IMG/VR virus record: IMGVR_UViG_2765235998_000001
Coordinates: 24,865 to 88,864 of that record
DNA: 64,000 bases
Source: a virus
Taxonomy: Duplodnaviria > Caudoviricetes
Reading direction: 5' to 3' (one strand)
Made by a program: the position numbers and the translations under genes. Every line of letters begins with the position of its first letter. The stretch's first letter is position 1. The notes beneath the pieces are model-generated. The model did no database searches. It worked only from the letters and a program-made list of their open reading frames with translations, and was not told where the DNA came from. Shown here in pieces: positions 25,430 through 34,441 of the stretch.

Positions 25430-26635
25430 TCACGCCGCGAGGGCGCTGATCGATGCGACGGTCTCCGCCGCAGTCTGGTTACCGGCGTACCGAGGCGCGG
25501 AGAGCATCCCCGCCACCCGATCCATCCGCTTCACAATCCACGAAATCTGGTCCTCCACAGGCAACGACAAGACCGGCGCCAGGGCATCGGCCGCACCCTC
25601 GACGTCGTCAAGCTGCACCCGAGCCGTAGCCAGATAGATGTGCGCCAGCCGCTCATCATCCAGCGACCGCTCCGCCACCGGACCGGACTGCCACAGCGCG
25701 ATCGCCTCGAGGGCCTCGCTCTGCGCGCGTTCCGCGTCGTGCCCGCCCTCCAGCCAGATCAAAGACGATCCGGCGTAGTAGGACTGCTTCGCCCTCGAGA
25801 ACCCGAACAGACCCTCCAGGGAGTCCGGCCGGCGGATCCGCTCCCGAGCAGACTCGGCAGCATCCAGCGCGGCGTTCGCCGCCCTCGAGTCCCCGAGATT
25901 GGCCAGACACTGGGCCTCACCACAGCGCAACCGGGCTTCCCCGGTTCCCTGCCCGTGGCCCACCCACTGGTAGCCGTCCCGCACGTACTCCAACGCCCGC
26001 CCGTAATCGCCCTGGAACCGGGCAATCAGCGACTTCGTGCCGGCCACCCACGCCGCCAGCTCCGCATCCCCGGCGAGTTCCGCGCACCGGCCCGCCGCAG
26101 TGGCGTGCTCGATCGCTTCGTCCGCGTCACCCATGTCGAGCAGCGCGTACGACAGAACCCCGGACAGGCGTCCCGCCGTGAGGTACAGGTCGGAACGGTC
26201 CTGCGTGCGGTGGTGCCCCGACCGTAGGCGTTCGAAGGCTTCACCGCGCAGGGCGTGCGCCCGGTCCATCATCGGCCCCGGGGGAGACGCCAGGTAGTCG
26301 ACGGCCGTGGCCGACACGCCTTCCTGAAGCTCCGTGATGTCCAGATCCGCCAGGGCGGTCAGATCTCGCGACATGGCCAAGGCTGCCGCGCGGGTGCGGT
26401 GCACGGCCGCGGCCTCCCGCCGCTCCTGGTCCTCCCGCTGCCACTGCTCAACCAGCGCACCGTTCGCACCGGTCGCCTCGTCCGCAGCCTCCGCCACGCA
26501 CAAAGGTGTCGGCCGGCGGCCGGTCTCGAAGTTGTGCAGCGACGTGCGGTCATAGCGGACACGCTGCGCCAGGTCCGCGAGGGACATGTGGGCAGCCAAC
26601 CGCCACTCACGGAGGAGTTCCGGGAAGGTCGTCAT
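25430..26635 (-). CDS. XRE-family HTH regulator with C-terminal TPR-like helical domain
   Basis: FPELLREWRLAAHMSLADLAQRVRYDRTSLHNFETGRR followed by Ala-rich TPR-like repeats. Confidence 0.8.
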   Translation of the reverse strand: MTTFPELLREWRLAAHMSLADLAQRVRYDRTSLHNFETGRRPTPLCVAEAADEATGANGALVEQWQREDQERREAAAVHRTRAAALAMSRDLTALADLDITELQEGVSATAVDYLASPPGPMMDRAHALRGEAFERLRSGHHRTQDRSDLYLTAGRLSGVLSYALLDMGDADEAIEHATAAGRCAELAGDAELAAWVAGTKSLIARFQGDYGRALEYVRDGYQWVGHGQGTGEARLRCGEAQCLANLGDSRAANAALDAAESARERIRRPDSLEGLFGFSRAKQSYYAGSSLIWLEGGHDAERAQSEALEAIALWQSGPVAERSLDDERLAHIYLATARVQLDDVEGAADALAPVLSLPVEDQISWIVKRMDRVAGMLSAPRYAGNQTAAETVASISALAA

Positions 26636-26816
26636 GCCGTGAGTCTTCCTCCTCTCCGCTCGTACCGGCAGGGCCGGGAGCCCTGTTCGCCGCGTTTGTC
26701 TGTTGGCAAATCCGTGTCGGCCTGATTGCCAACAGCAGCCTCAACTCCAGTGGGTGCGACCGGTGCTGGCATGGAGTCAGCACTGATCCACGTCCCTTGG
26801 AGAGACTGCCGTGACG

Positions 26817-27110
26817 TCACGAGTCGTCGCCCCCTTCCGCCTTGCGCCGTTCGTCGCGCTTGGCGAAGTGGACGCCGTGCTGCGGCTTCCGGGCCTCGAA
26901 GTACGCCTCCACCGGCTCCCAAGGGAGCTGGTAGTAGCGGCCGACCTTCTTCCACTCCCCCTTGGGGACGGGGAAGTCCGGGTCGTTGTGGGCGAGCTGC
27001 TGGACTCGCTGCTTGCTGAGATCAACGCGTCTGGCGATCTCGGCGAGCGTCACCATCTCTGGCGCCCTCCCTTCCTCGGTCTTCTTCGGCACATCTCCAT
27101 CTTGCCCCAT
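26817..27110 (-). CDS. Small HTH regulator divergent from transfer operon (AlpA-like; TraR/Kor role inferred)
   Basis: MVTLAEIARRVDLSKQRVQQLAHNDPDFP. Confidence 0.7.
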   Translation of the reverse strand: MGQDGDVPKKTEEGRAPEMVTLAEIARRVDLSKQRVQQLAHNDPDFPVPKGEWKKVGRYYQLPWEPVEAYFEARKPQHGVHFAKRDERRKAEGGDDS

Positions 27111-27263
27111 GATGTTGACCCAAGTCTATATCAGTGGTCTACTGGACATACAGCACGACCCCGGGCCAGCTTTCGCCGGACCGGGGTCGCGTGTCCGGAG
27201 CGGTGTTGGAGCACCGCAAGGGACTTGGAACCGCCCTACCTGCCACAACAGGAGGTTGATCCC

Positions 27264-27668
27264 GTGAAGAAGGATCGCACAGCAACCCTTTCCAGGGCAC
27301 CGCACCTCGGCGACTTCGTCCACCAGGACGTCATCCCGATGCCGGGCCGGCTTGCGGTGGACTACTACGACTGGGACCTGCACCTCGGGTTCAGCGTCCC
27401 CCTCAACGAGGTCACCGCCGGCACCCTCGTCACCGCCACCGGCACGATCGCCGCGGTGGTCCGCCTGTCCGGCGGCCGCGCGATGGCCGTCATCACGACC
27501 GCCGACGGCAACAGCGCGCACGTCCTGCTGAACGCGGACATCGTCCGCATGGTGACCCCGGCCCTGTACCGCGGGAACCGGCTGAACGTTCGCGGCACCG
27601 TCACCCGCACCACCGTCTCTCAGCCCGCCGGGATCGTCGCGGGCGGCGTGAACGTGGAGATCGTCTGA
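27264..27668 (+). CDS. OB-fold nucleic-acid-binding protein
   Basis: AGGAGG RBS; VTATGTI..AMAVITT..GNRLNVRGTV. Confidence 0.6.
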   Translation: MKKDRTATLSRAPHLGDFVHQDVIPMPGRLAVDYYDWDLHLGFSVPLNEVTAGTLVTATGTIAAVVRLSGGRAMAVITTADGNSAHVLLNADIVRMVTPALYRGNRLNVRGTVTRTTVSQPAGIVAGGVNVEIV

Positions 27669-27997
27669 TGGCTACCACCACCCCGACCCCGGCCCGTACC
27701 TCTCGTTACCACTACGCGGCGATGCGTCGCGCTGAGGACGCGGCCCGCAGCCTGTCCGTTCGGCACTCCATCGTCGGCTTTCTCGGCTCGGAGCCGGCCA
27801 CCGACATCGCCGACATGGCGGCCGTACGCGACTCCTACTACCGACTGGCCGCCGCCCACCGCGTAGCCGCGCGGAAGCGGGAGCGGGCCGAGAACCGGAC
27901 GCTGGCCTGGGCTGCGTTCCGGGAGGGCCCGGCCGCATACATCGGCTGCACCGTCCGCTCCTGGGCGTACCGCATTCGTGGGGCGGTGTCCCGCTGA
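27668..27997 (+). CDS. Hypothetical protein
   Basis: TGATG coupling. Confidence 0.6.
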   Translation: MATTTPTPARTSRYHYAAMRRAEDAARSLSVRHSIVGFLGSEPATDIADMAAVRDSYYRLAAAHRVAARKRERAENRTLAWAAFREGPAAYIGCTVRSWAYRIRGAVSR

Positions 27998-28176
27998 TGG
28001 CCGCGGTGATGCCGGACCGTACGGTCCTCGAACGCTTCCCCGCTGGCGGCCCCCGCGGCTCCTGGCCCGCCGAGGAGTTCGCCGCCGACCGCCGCATGGC
28101 CGGCGAGCCCGCCGAGGTCGTCATGGACCTCGCCACGGACAGCTTCTTCGTCATCATCCGAGGCGGTGCCCGATGA
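27997..28176 (+). CDS. Small Streptomyces mobile-element protein
   Basis: VLERFPAGGPRGSWPAEEFAA..EVVMDLATDSFFV; coupled at both ends. Confidence 0.65.
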   Translation: MAAVMPDRTVLERFPAGGPRGSWPAEEFAADRRMAGEPAEVVMDLATDSFFVIIRGGAR

Positions 28177-28559
28177 GCGAGCCGACCCCCGAGACCCCGG
28201 ACACCCCCAACTCGCCGGAGCAGGCCGCGCTGGAGCTCTACCACCAGCTCGTCAACCTGTCCCCGGACAACGGCGACCGCGCACTTCTCATCAGCGTCCG
28301 CCTCCCCAACGCCCAGCTCGTCGGCGACGTGTGGCTGTCCGCCGAGGATGTCGAGCAGCTCATCGACGGCACGCTGACGATCGCCCAGCACCGCATGGCC
28401 TACGGGGACCCCGAGCCCGCCGCGGCCCCGCTTCAGCGCGACGAGGACGACGTCGACCCCTGGCCGCGCCTGTCGCAGAACGACATCACCGACGACGCCG
28501 TGGAAGACCTGGCCGCCGAGTTCCAGGCGTTCCTGAAGTCCGAAGGCGGCCAGGCATGA
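28173..28559 (+). CDS. Hypothetical acidic protein
   Basis: ATGA coupling. Confidence 0.6.
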   Translation: MSEPTPETPDTPNSPEQAALELYHQLVNLSPDNGDRALLISVRLPNAQLVGDVWLSAEDVEQLIDGTLTIAQHRMAYGDPEPAAAPLQRDEDDVDPWPRLSQNDITDDAVEDLAAEFQAFLKSEGGQA

Positions 28560-28957
28560 CCAGCACCAACCCGGTCCACACCGCCGGCAACGCGGTCCCG
28601 CCGCTGGGCGGGGAGCTGGAGGGCCTGTTCGAGGACCTGGCCGCCGTCCACGACGTGGGCGTCGACCAGATCCTCTCCGGCCTCCGCCACATCGCCCTCA
28701 ACCGGCACACCGTCGACCGCACCCAAACCCTCATCGCCGTCCTCGCCGGCGGCGCCGACAGCCTCAACATCGTCGCCCTCATCGGACAGATCATCGCCCG
28801 CCTCGCCGACGCCGACACCAACCCCGCCCTCCACACCCTCCCGCTGGACCAGCAGAAGCAGGCCCGCCGCGAAGGCCAGAACACCGCCCACTGGCACACC
28901 GACCCCGACCTCGCCCAAACCGCATCCGAAACCAGCGCCGCCATCACCGGCAACTAA
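28556..28957 (+). CDS. Hypothetical protein
   Basis: ATGA coupling. Confidence 0.6.
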   Translation: MTSTNPVHTAGNAVPPLGGELEGLFEDLAAVHDVGVDQILSGLRHIALNRHTVDRTQTLIAVLAGGADSLNIVALIGQIIARLADADTNPALHTLPLDQQKQARREGQNTAHWHTDPDLAQTASETSAAITGN

Positions 28958-28973
28958 CCCGAGAGGACCCCTC

Positions 28974-29213
28974 ATGACCGCCACCACCGGACTCGCCACC
29001 ATCACCGGCGCCGAGGCCTACGCCAAGGCCGTGGAACACGCCGAGCAGGGCGAAAAGCACATCGGCATCGACTCCCGCATCGCCGAGCAGCACTTCGCCG
29101 CCGCTACCGCATACGCCACGATCGCGCGCGCCGAGCGTTCCGCCAGCAACGGCGCCCGGCCCGGCTGCTACCCCGACGGCGGCTGGAAGCAGCACACCCA
29201 CCCCAACGACTAA
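28974..29213 (+). CDS. Hypothetical protein
   Basis: GAGGA RBS; followed by hairpin. Confidence 0.6.
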   Translation: MTATTGLATITGAEAYAKAVEHAEQGEKHIGIDSRIAEQHFAAATAYATIARAERSASNGARPGCYPDGGWKQHTHPND

Positions 29214-29319
29214 CCACCCACCCCGGGCCTCTGGCCCGGCTCGAGTCCGCCCCACCACCCCCCCCAGTGGGGCGGGCCCGAGCCAGCCCAGCACCCACCA
29301 ACCACCGGAAGGACCCGCC

Positions 29320-29580
29320 GTGCTGTTCCTCATCCTCATCGCCCTCCTCTCCCCACTCATCGCCTGGTCTCTCTGGATCGCCTACGCACCCCCCAAGACC
29401 ACCAAGACCCCCACCACCGGCCCGGAATTCGCCACCGCCCACGGCAACGACTCCAGCACCTGGACCGCCGCCGACTTCGAAGCCGAGTTCGTCTTCGCCG
29501 AGATCGACGTCCAGGCCGCCTGGACGATCGCCCACCCCAAAAAGACCCCCCAGGCCACCGACATCAAGCCCGCCGCCTGA
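29320..29580 (+). CDS. Small membrane protein
   Basis: N-terminal TM helix. Confidence 0.55.
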   Translation: MLFLILIALLSPLIAWSLWIAYAPPKTTKTPTTGPEFATAHGNDSSTWTAADFEAEFVFAEIDVQAAWTIAHPKKTPQATDIKPAA

Positions 29581-29624
29581 CCACCCGCCAGTCACCCCCA
29601 CCCGATCCCAGGAAGGACCCGCCC

Positions 29625-30827
29625 ATGCTCTCCACAGTGCAGAACGCGGCCGAGCAGATGCCCTGGCAGGCATGGGCCGCCCTCCTCGCCCTCACCACCC
29701 TCGCCATCGGCCAAATCCTTGGCCGCCGCACCCGCCCCGACACCAACCGCAAGCCCCGCGACAAGGCCAAGCAGCGCACCCTCATCGGCCTCCTCGGCAT
29801 GGGCCTCGTCGCCCTCCTCGGCTTCGGGCTCTCCGCCAACACCTCGATCGTCTTCGCCCAGGCTCGACTCCACATGGTCGCCCCCTGGACCCTCACCGTC
29901 GGCCTCGCCCTCGAGGGCATCGTCCTCGGCCTCACCGTGTACTCCTGGGCCTTCGAGGACAAGGGCACCGCGCGCGCCGCATACCTCCTCGTCTTCGCGC
30001 AGGCCATCGGCGCCGTCGAGGTCGTCCGCTTCCAGCACGAGGACATCGGCACCGCAGCCGTCCGCATCGTCGGCCCCGTGATGCTCGCCTACGGCCTTCA
30101 CAAGCTCCTCGGTCTCGAGACGAAGCTCAAGAAGATCGAGATCAAGTCCGACAGCATCCTGGCCCGCTGGTGGCGCGACCGCCTCAAGCGCCTCGAGAGC
30201 AAGCTCGGCATCGGATCCCGCGGCGCCGACGCCCAGGCCATCAGCCGCCGCAACGCCCAAGACCGCCTCGTCACCCTCGCCACCCTCGGCAAGCCCTGGT
30301 GGGCCATCGGCACGTTCGGCACCCGCCGCTACGAGAAGGCCCTCATGCGCGCCGGCGACGCCTCCTTCCACGGACTCAACGACACCCTCGACGAACTCGG
30401 CACGGAGATGCGGATCACCACCCGCATCGACCGCATGGGCGCCTTCAAGAACCTCCCGAACCGGACCGAGGACTACACCCTGCGCTCCCTGCGCCCCGCT
30501 GTAGGCCCGCAGGGCGCACCGGACGCTGCGCCCGACGACATAAGCGGTCTGACCAGCGAGGGCGCACCAGGGCGCACCCCAGGGCCCACCACGGGCGCGC
30601 CCGAGGCGACCCCCGGCGAGGCGCAGGCGAGCAAGAGGCCCGAGGCAGGCGATGGCGACCGTCGCAGGCTCGCCTTCGACCTCTACTTCGACCTCCGCGG
30701 CACCGGATCCGCCCCCTCCCAGAACGCCTTCGAGCAGGCCTGGCGGAAGGCCGGATACGGGCTGAAGACCGACGACATCCGCGCCCTCTACAAGGACATC
30801 CACACCAAAGTCACCGGCAACAACTGA
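29625..30827 (+). CDS. Multi-TM spread (Spd/SpdB2-like) protein with Pro-rich linker and C-terminal domain
   Basis: 4-5 TM helices; located in transfer operon. Confidence 0.6.
   Translation: MLSTVQNAAEQMPWQAWAALLALTTLAIGQILGRRTRPDTNRKPRDKAKQRTLIGLLGMGLVALLGFGLSANTSIVFAQARLHMVAPWTLTVGLALEGIVLGLTVYSWAFEDKGTARAAYLLVFAQAIGAVEVVRFQHEDIGTAAVRIVGPVMLAYGLHKLLGLETKLKKIEIKSDSILARWWRDRLKRLESKLGIGSRGADAQAISRRNAQDRLVTLATLGKPWWAIGTFGTRRYEKALMRAGDASFHGLNDTLDELGTEMRITTRIDRMGAFKNLPNRTEDYTLRSLRPAVGPQGAPDAAPDDISGLTSEGAPGRTPGPTTGAPEATPGEAQASKRPEAGDGDRRRLAFDLYFDLRGTGSAPSQNAFEQAWRKAGYGLKTDDIRALYKDIHTKVTGNN
30511..30601 (+). repeat. AGGGCGCACC direct repeats (clt/TRS candidate)
   Basis: Exact at 30511, 30559, 30569; variants at 30581 and 30592. 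Confidence 0.5.
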
Positions 30828-30864
30828 TCCCCGAACCAACCAGACCAGGAGAGAGACAGAACCC

Positions 30865-31419
30865 ATGGACATCAACGCTCTGTTCGAGAAGAACGGGATG
30901 CGCGACTTCACCGCCGAGCAGCGCGACACGTTCATGAACGACGGGCAGCAGATCCGGCAGATGCAGCGCATCGTCCAGGCCCGCCTCACCCAGATCAGCC
31001 TCGACGGCGACCGCCCCGGCGCCGCGGGCCGGCGGGCCCGGAAGATGGCGAAGAAGTTCGGCAAGCTCGCTCACCTGCTGGAACAGGCCGCCGCGCAGTG
31101 CGAGGCCATCAACACCGCCTACGTCCACGACATCCTCGAGCTGCCCGACAGGCGCCTGAAGGCCATCGCGGCCAAGGAGAACCGGCGTCAGCGTCTCGGG
31201 ATCGCGGCGTCCGGTGTGCAGGAGCAGATCGCGGGCTCCCTGAACACCAGCGTGAACACCTTCCACGGCATCGGAGCGACGAATCCGCAGGTCACGCCGC
31301 TGGCGCAGGCCCCGCAGTACCACACGGCCACCCCGTCCTACGCCTACCCGGCCCCGCCCGCCCACCAGCCCACGAGCAGCATCGCCGACCTCTTCCCGAA
31401 CATCGGGGAGACCGGGTGA
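30865..31419 (+). CDS. Plasmid transfer protein, TraA-like
   Basis: DGDRPGAAGRRARKMAKKF..AAAQCEA..AY pattern resembles Streptomyces plasmid TraA. Confidence 0.55.
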   Translation: MDINALFEKNGMRDFTAEQRDTFMNDGQQIRQMQRIVQARLTQISLDGDRPGAAGRRARKMAKKFGKLAHLLEQAAAQCEAINTAYVHDILELPDRRLKAIAAKENRRQRLGIAASGVQEQIAGSLNTSVNTFHGIGATNPQVTPLAQAPQYHTATPSYAYPAPPAHQPTSSIADLFPNIGETG

Positions 31420-31640
31420 ACGCGCAGCAGAAGGCCGCCCAGACGCGCCTCGCGAACCAGGCCGCCCACTACAACACCGCCCAAGCCAAGGCGGCCGAAC
31501 AAGGGCCGATGCACCTCATCACGTTCTGGACCAGCGTGTGCCGCAAGCTCGCCAAGGACGCGTTGGAGAACGGCGACCCATCGGTCGCGAACCGGCTCGC
31601 CTCCGTCCTCAATGACTTCTACCAACGTCACATCCAGTGA
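31416..31640 (+). CDS. Hypothetical protein
   Basis: GTGA coupling. Confidence 0.6.
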   Translation: MNAQQKAAQTRLANQAAHYNTAQAKAAEQGPMHLITFWTSVCRKLAKDALENGDPSVANRLASVLNDFYQRHIQ

Positions 31641-31686
31641 CCATCGTCATCATCATCACCCCCCGAAAACGAGGTGATGACGGCCC

Positions 31687-31713
31687 CAACGCGCGTGCGC
31701 AACGCGCGTGCGC
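31687..31713. repeat. Tandem 13-bp repeat CAACGCGCGTGCG x2
   Basis: Intergenic; seen directly. Confidence 0.6.
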
Positions 31714-31761
31714 GAGGGTCCCCGATCCGACTACAGCCTGTCAACCCCGAAAGGAGGAGGA

Positions 31762-33909
31762 ATGAGCAGCAACGACGACCAGACCACCGGCAGCAACGTC
31801 TTCCCGTTCCCCCGGATCGGGTTCACCCTCACCCCCACCACCGGCCCGGCCGGCACCCCGGACACGGCCGGCGCGAGCACGACCACGGCCCCCGACTGGG
31901 ACGCCGTCACCGTCACCAACAGCGGCCGCCGCAGCCCCCTCGACGCCCTGAACGCGCTCCCCGACCCCGGCCTCACCGCCCCCCTCGTCCCCTACACGGC
32001 GCCCCCCGCCCCCGGCACCGTCCCGGACACCTTCCGCGGCGAACCCGCACCCGACCTCGTCGGCCCCCGCATCGGCGCACTGTCCCTGGCCGCCTGCCTG
32101 GCCGTCGCGGTGGCCGCCCTGCGCGGCACCCACACCGTCCTGTCGACCTGGTGGGAGAACCGTCAGGCCCGGGCCGCGGAGAGTGCCCCGCTGCGGGAGG
32201 CCCGCGCCAAGCACCAGGCGGCCATGCAGGCCATCGGCGACAAGGCGGCCGAGCAGCGCGCCAAGGCAGCCTCCAAGGTGCCCTCGAGTTCGGAGTTCGG
32301 GCGGAAGACGCTGGGCGGGGGAGGACGCTCCGGAGGATCCGGCAGTTCCGGGCGTTCCGGTGGCTCGGGCAAGAGCGGCGGGAGCGGCAGTGGCGGATCG
32401 TCAGGGCGGAAGCCGTCCGGCCGCTCCGGGTCCGGCAACAGCTCCTCGAGTGGCCGCGGATCGTCCGGGCACGCGTCTGGTGGCCGCGGCAAGACGCCCT
32501 CGAAGACGCCGACCACACCCGGCAGCAAGAAGACCCCCACCAACACCAGCCAGCGCAAAAACACATCGGGCAAGACGGCGCCCGGTCGCGGCAAATCCCC
32601 CAGCAGTTCGTCGACCAGCCCGGCGATGGAGCGCGGCCGCCGACGCCAGGACCGCACCGACAAACGCCAGGCCGCCCGCCTCAAGCGGAAAGCAGACCGG
32701 CAGGCCGCACGCCTGAAGGACCAGGCCAAGGACCACGCCGCCGACCGCACCCGCAAGGAAGCCGCCAAGGACGCCCGCCGGGAAGCCCGCGCCAAGGCGC
32801 GCACCGCACGCACGGAGGACAAGAGGGCCAAGAAGGAAGAGAAGAAGGCCGCCCCCGGGTCGCTGGGCAACGCGGTCCGGAAGGAAGCCGCGCGCCGCCT
32901 GAAGAAGCGCCGCAAGACGCTCACCCCCATCCTCAGCAAGGCCAAGACGCCGAAAACCCCCAAGGCCGCAGGCAAGGACACCGCGGACAAGGCCAGCTCC
33001 CCAAAGGGCACGAAGCCCGGAGCGGGCAAGCCGGGCACCGCAGGCACCAAGCCGCCGAAGAAGAGGACCAGCCGGATTCGCTGGGGCAAGCGCGCCAGCA
33101 AGCGCAAGGGCCGCCGCACCCCAGGCGCCGGCGGATGGCGCTTCCCCGGAAGCACGCCAGGTCCCGGCACCACCAGCACGCCCCCGCCCGGTGGTGGCCG
33201 TACGCGGCGCAGCCCCTTCGAGAGCGCCGCCCACACCGCGCCCACCACCTACACCGTCACCAGCGACCACGTCCCCGGCAGCCGCGCCAAGCGGTGGGAG
33301 CCCGACGGCCTGACCACCGGCGCCCCCGCGCTCCCCGCGACCGGGCCGGCCGCCCTCGACGCGGCCCCCACCACCGCGTTCCCGCGGCCCGGCACCACCC
33401 GCCCCAAGGAGGCCCGCCCCATGCCCCCCACACCCGCACGCCAAGACCCGCGCCTCGTCAAAGCCCGCCACCAGGCCGCCCGCACCGGCCAGCAAGTCAT
33501 CGCCCAAGCCCGCCACATGGACGCCCAGCACGAAACAGAGATCACCCTCGACGACGCCCTCGACGAATACGGCGACTTCAAGGACGACGGCTTCAAAACC
33601 CACGACCAGGCATCCAAGCTCGCCGCCCGCGGACGCAAACTCCAAGGCGTCCTCGCCCTGTTCGCCGAAGAACTCGCCACCGACCACAACGTCGTCGGCG
33701 CCCTGTTCTCCGCCGCGATGGCCCGCATGTCCGAGTCCATGGACCTCCTGGCCCGCATGTCCGACGAAATGCAGATTTCCTCCCTTGAGGCCGCCGAACT
33801 GGCGGAGGCCGCGGACAACGACCTCAACGACGCCTACCGGCCCATCACCCAGGCCACCGCCGACGCCGGCCTGGCCACCCCCTCCGCGCCTATCCACAAC
33901 CAGAGCTGA
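31762..33909 (+). CDS. Large transfer-associated membrane protein (TM, Gly/Ser linker, Lys/Arg-rich region, helical C-terminus)
   Basis: AAGGAGGAGG RBS; upstream of FtsK ATPase. Confidence 0.7.
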   Translation: MSSNDDQTTGSNVFPFPRIGFTLTPTTGPAGTPDTAGASTTTAPDWDAVTVTNSGRRSPLDALNALPDPGLTAPLVPYTAPPAPGTVPDTFRGEPAPDLVGPRIGALSLAACLAVAVAALRGTHTVLSTWWENRQARAAESAPLREARAKHQAAMQAIGDKAAEQRAKAASKVPSSSEFGRKTLGGGGRSGGSGSSGRSGGSGKSGGSGSGGSSGRKPSGRSGSGNSSSSGRGSSGHASGGRGKTPSKTPTTPGSKKTPTNTSQRKNTSGKTAPGRGKSPSSSSTSPAMERGRRRQDRTDKRQAARLKRKADRQAARLKDQAKDHAADRTRKEAAKDARREARAKARTARTEDKRAKKEEKKAAPGSLGNAVRKEAARRLKKRRKTLTPILSKAKTPKTPKAAGKDTADKASSPKGTKPGAGKPGTAGTKPPKKRTSRIRWGKRASKRKGRRTPGAGGWRFPGSTPGPGTTSTPPPGGGRTRRSPFESAAHTAPTTYTVTSDHVPGSRAKRWEPDGLTTGAPALPATGPAALDAAPTTAFPRPGTTRPKEARPMPPTPARQDPRLVKARHQAARTGQQVIAQARHMDAQHETEITLDDALDEYGDFKDDGFKTHDQASKLAARGRKLQGVLALFAEELATDHNVVGALFSAAMARMSESMDLLARMSDEMQISSLEAAELAEAADNDLNDAYRPITQATADAGLATPSAPIHNQS

Positions 33910-33920
33910 AGGAGACAGCC

Positions 33921-34409
33921 ATGAGCGACGGAACCGCCATCGAACCGACCTCCGTACAGACCGCAGCCGAAGCCGGCGGCAGTGCACCCGTCCCCGCGGG
34001 TGGGGAGGCGGAGCGGCCCACCTGGTCCGGCGCCATCTTCGGCATCCTCAACTTCGTCACCCTCGCCCTAAGGATCATGGCCCTCGCCGCCGCGGCCGCC
34101 ATCCTCAAAGAGCAACTGCACCTCCTCAAGGCGCGCATGCACCAGGACGCGCAGCGCGCCCGGCGCCTCGCCGGGCACCTCGCCCAGGCTGGTGCCGACG
34201 CCCACTTCCAGGCGCAGGCCTTCGAGGTTGCTGCCGCCTTCGACCGCGTCGCCGAGGCCTCCGGTGAAGTGGCGAACGCCGCCGACGGTATGGAAGCCGA
34301 CGCCAACGGTGTCCGCGACGCCCACCAGGCCGAGTACGGCGGCATCTACGAAGCCGTGCAGGCCTCCCCCTACGCCCAGCCCAAGCCCGGCTTCAACCGC
34401 GTCCGCTAA
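33921..34409 (+). CDS. Transfer-associated helical protein
   Basis: AAGGAG RBS; long amphipathic helices. Confidence 0.65.
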   Translation: MSDGTAIEPTSVQTAAEAGGSAPVPAGGEAERPTWSGAIFGILNFVTLALRIMALAAAAAILKEQLHLLKARMHQDAQRARRLAGHLAQAGADAHFQAQAFEVAAAFDRVAEASGEVANAADGMEADANGVRDAHQAEYGGIYEAVQASPYAQPKPGFNRVR

Positions 34410-34441
34410 CCCACCCCAACCCTGCTGAAGGAGGAACCATC

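Noticed and set aside
32310-32500. Gly/Ser-rich low-complexity DNA repeats
   Set aside because: Explained by a flexible protein linker in the large transfer protein.
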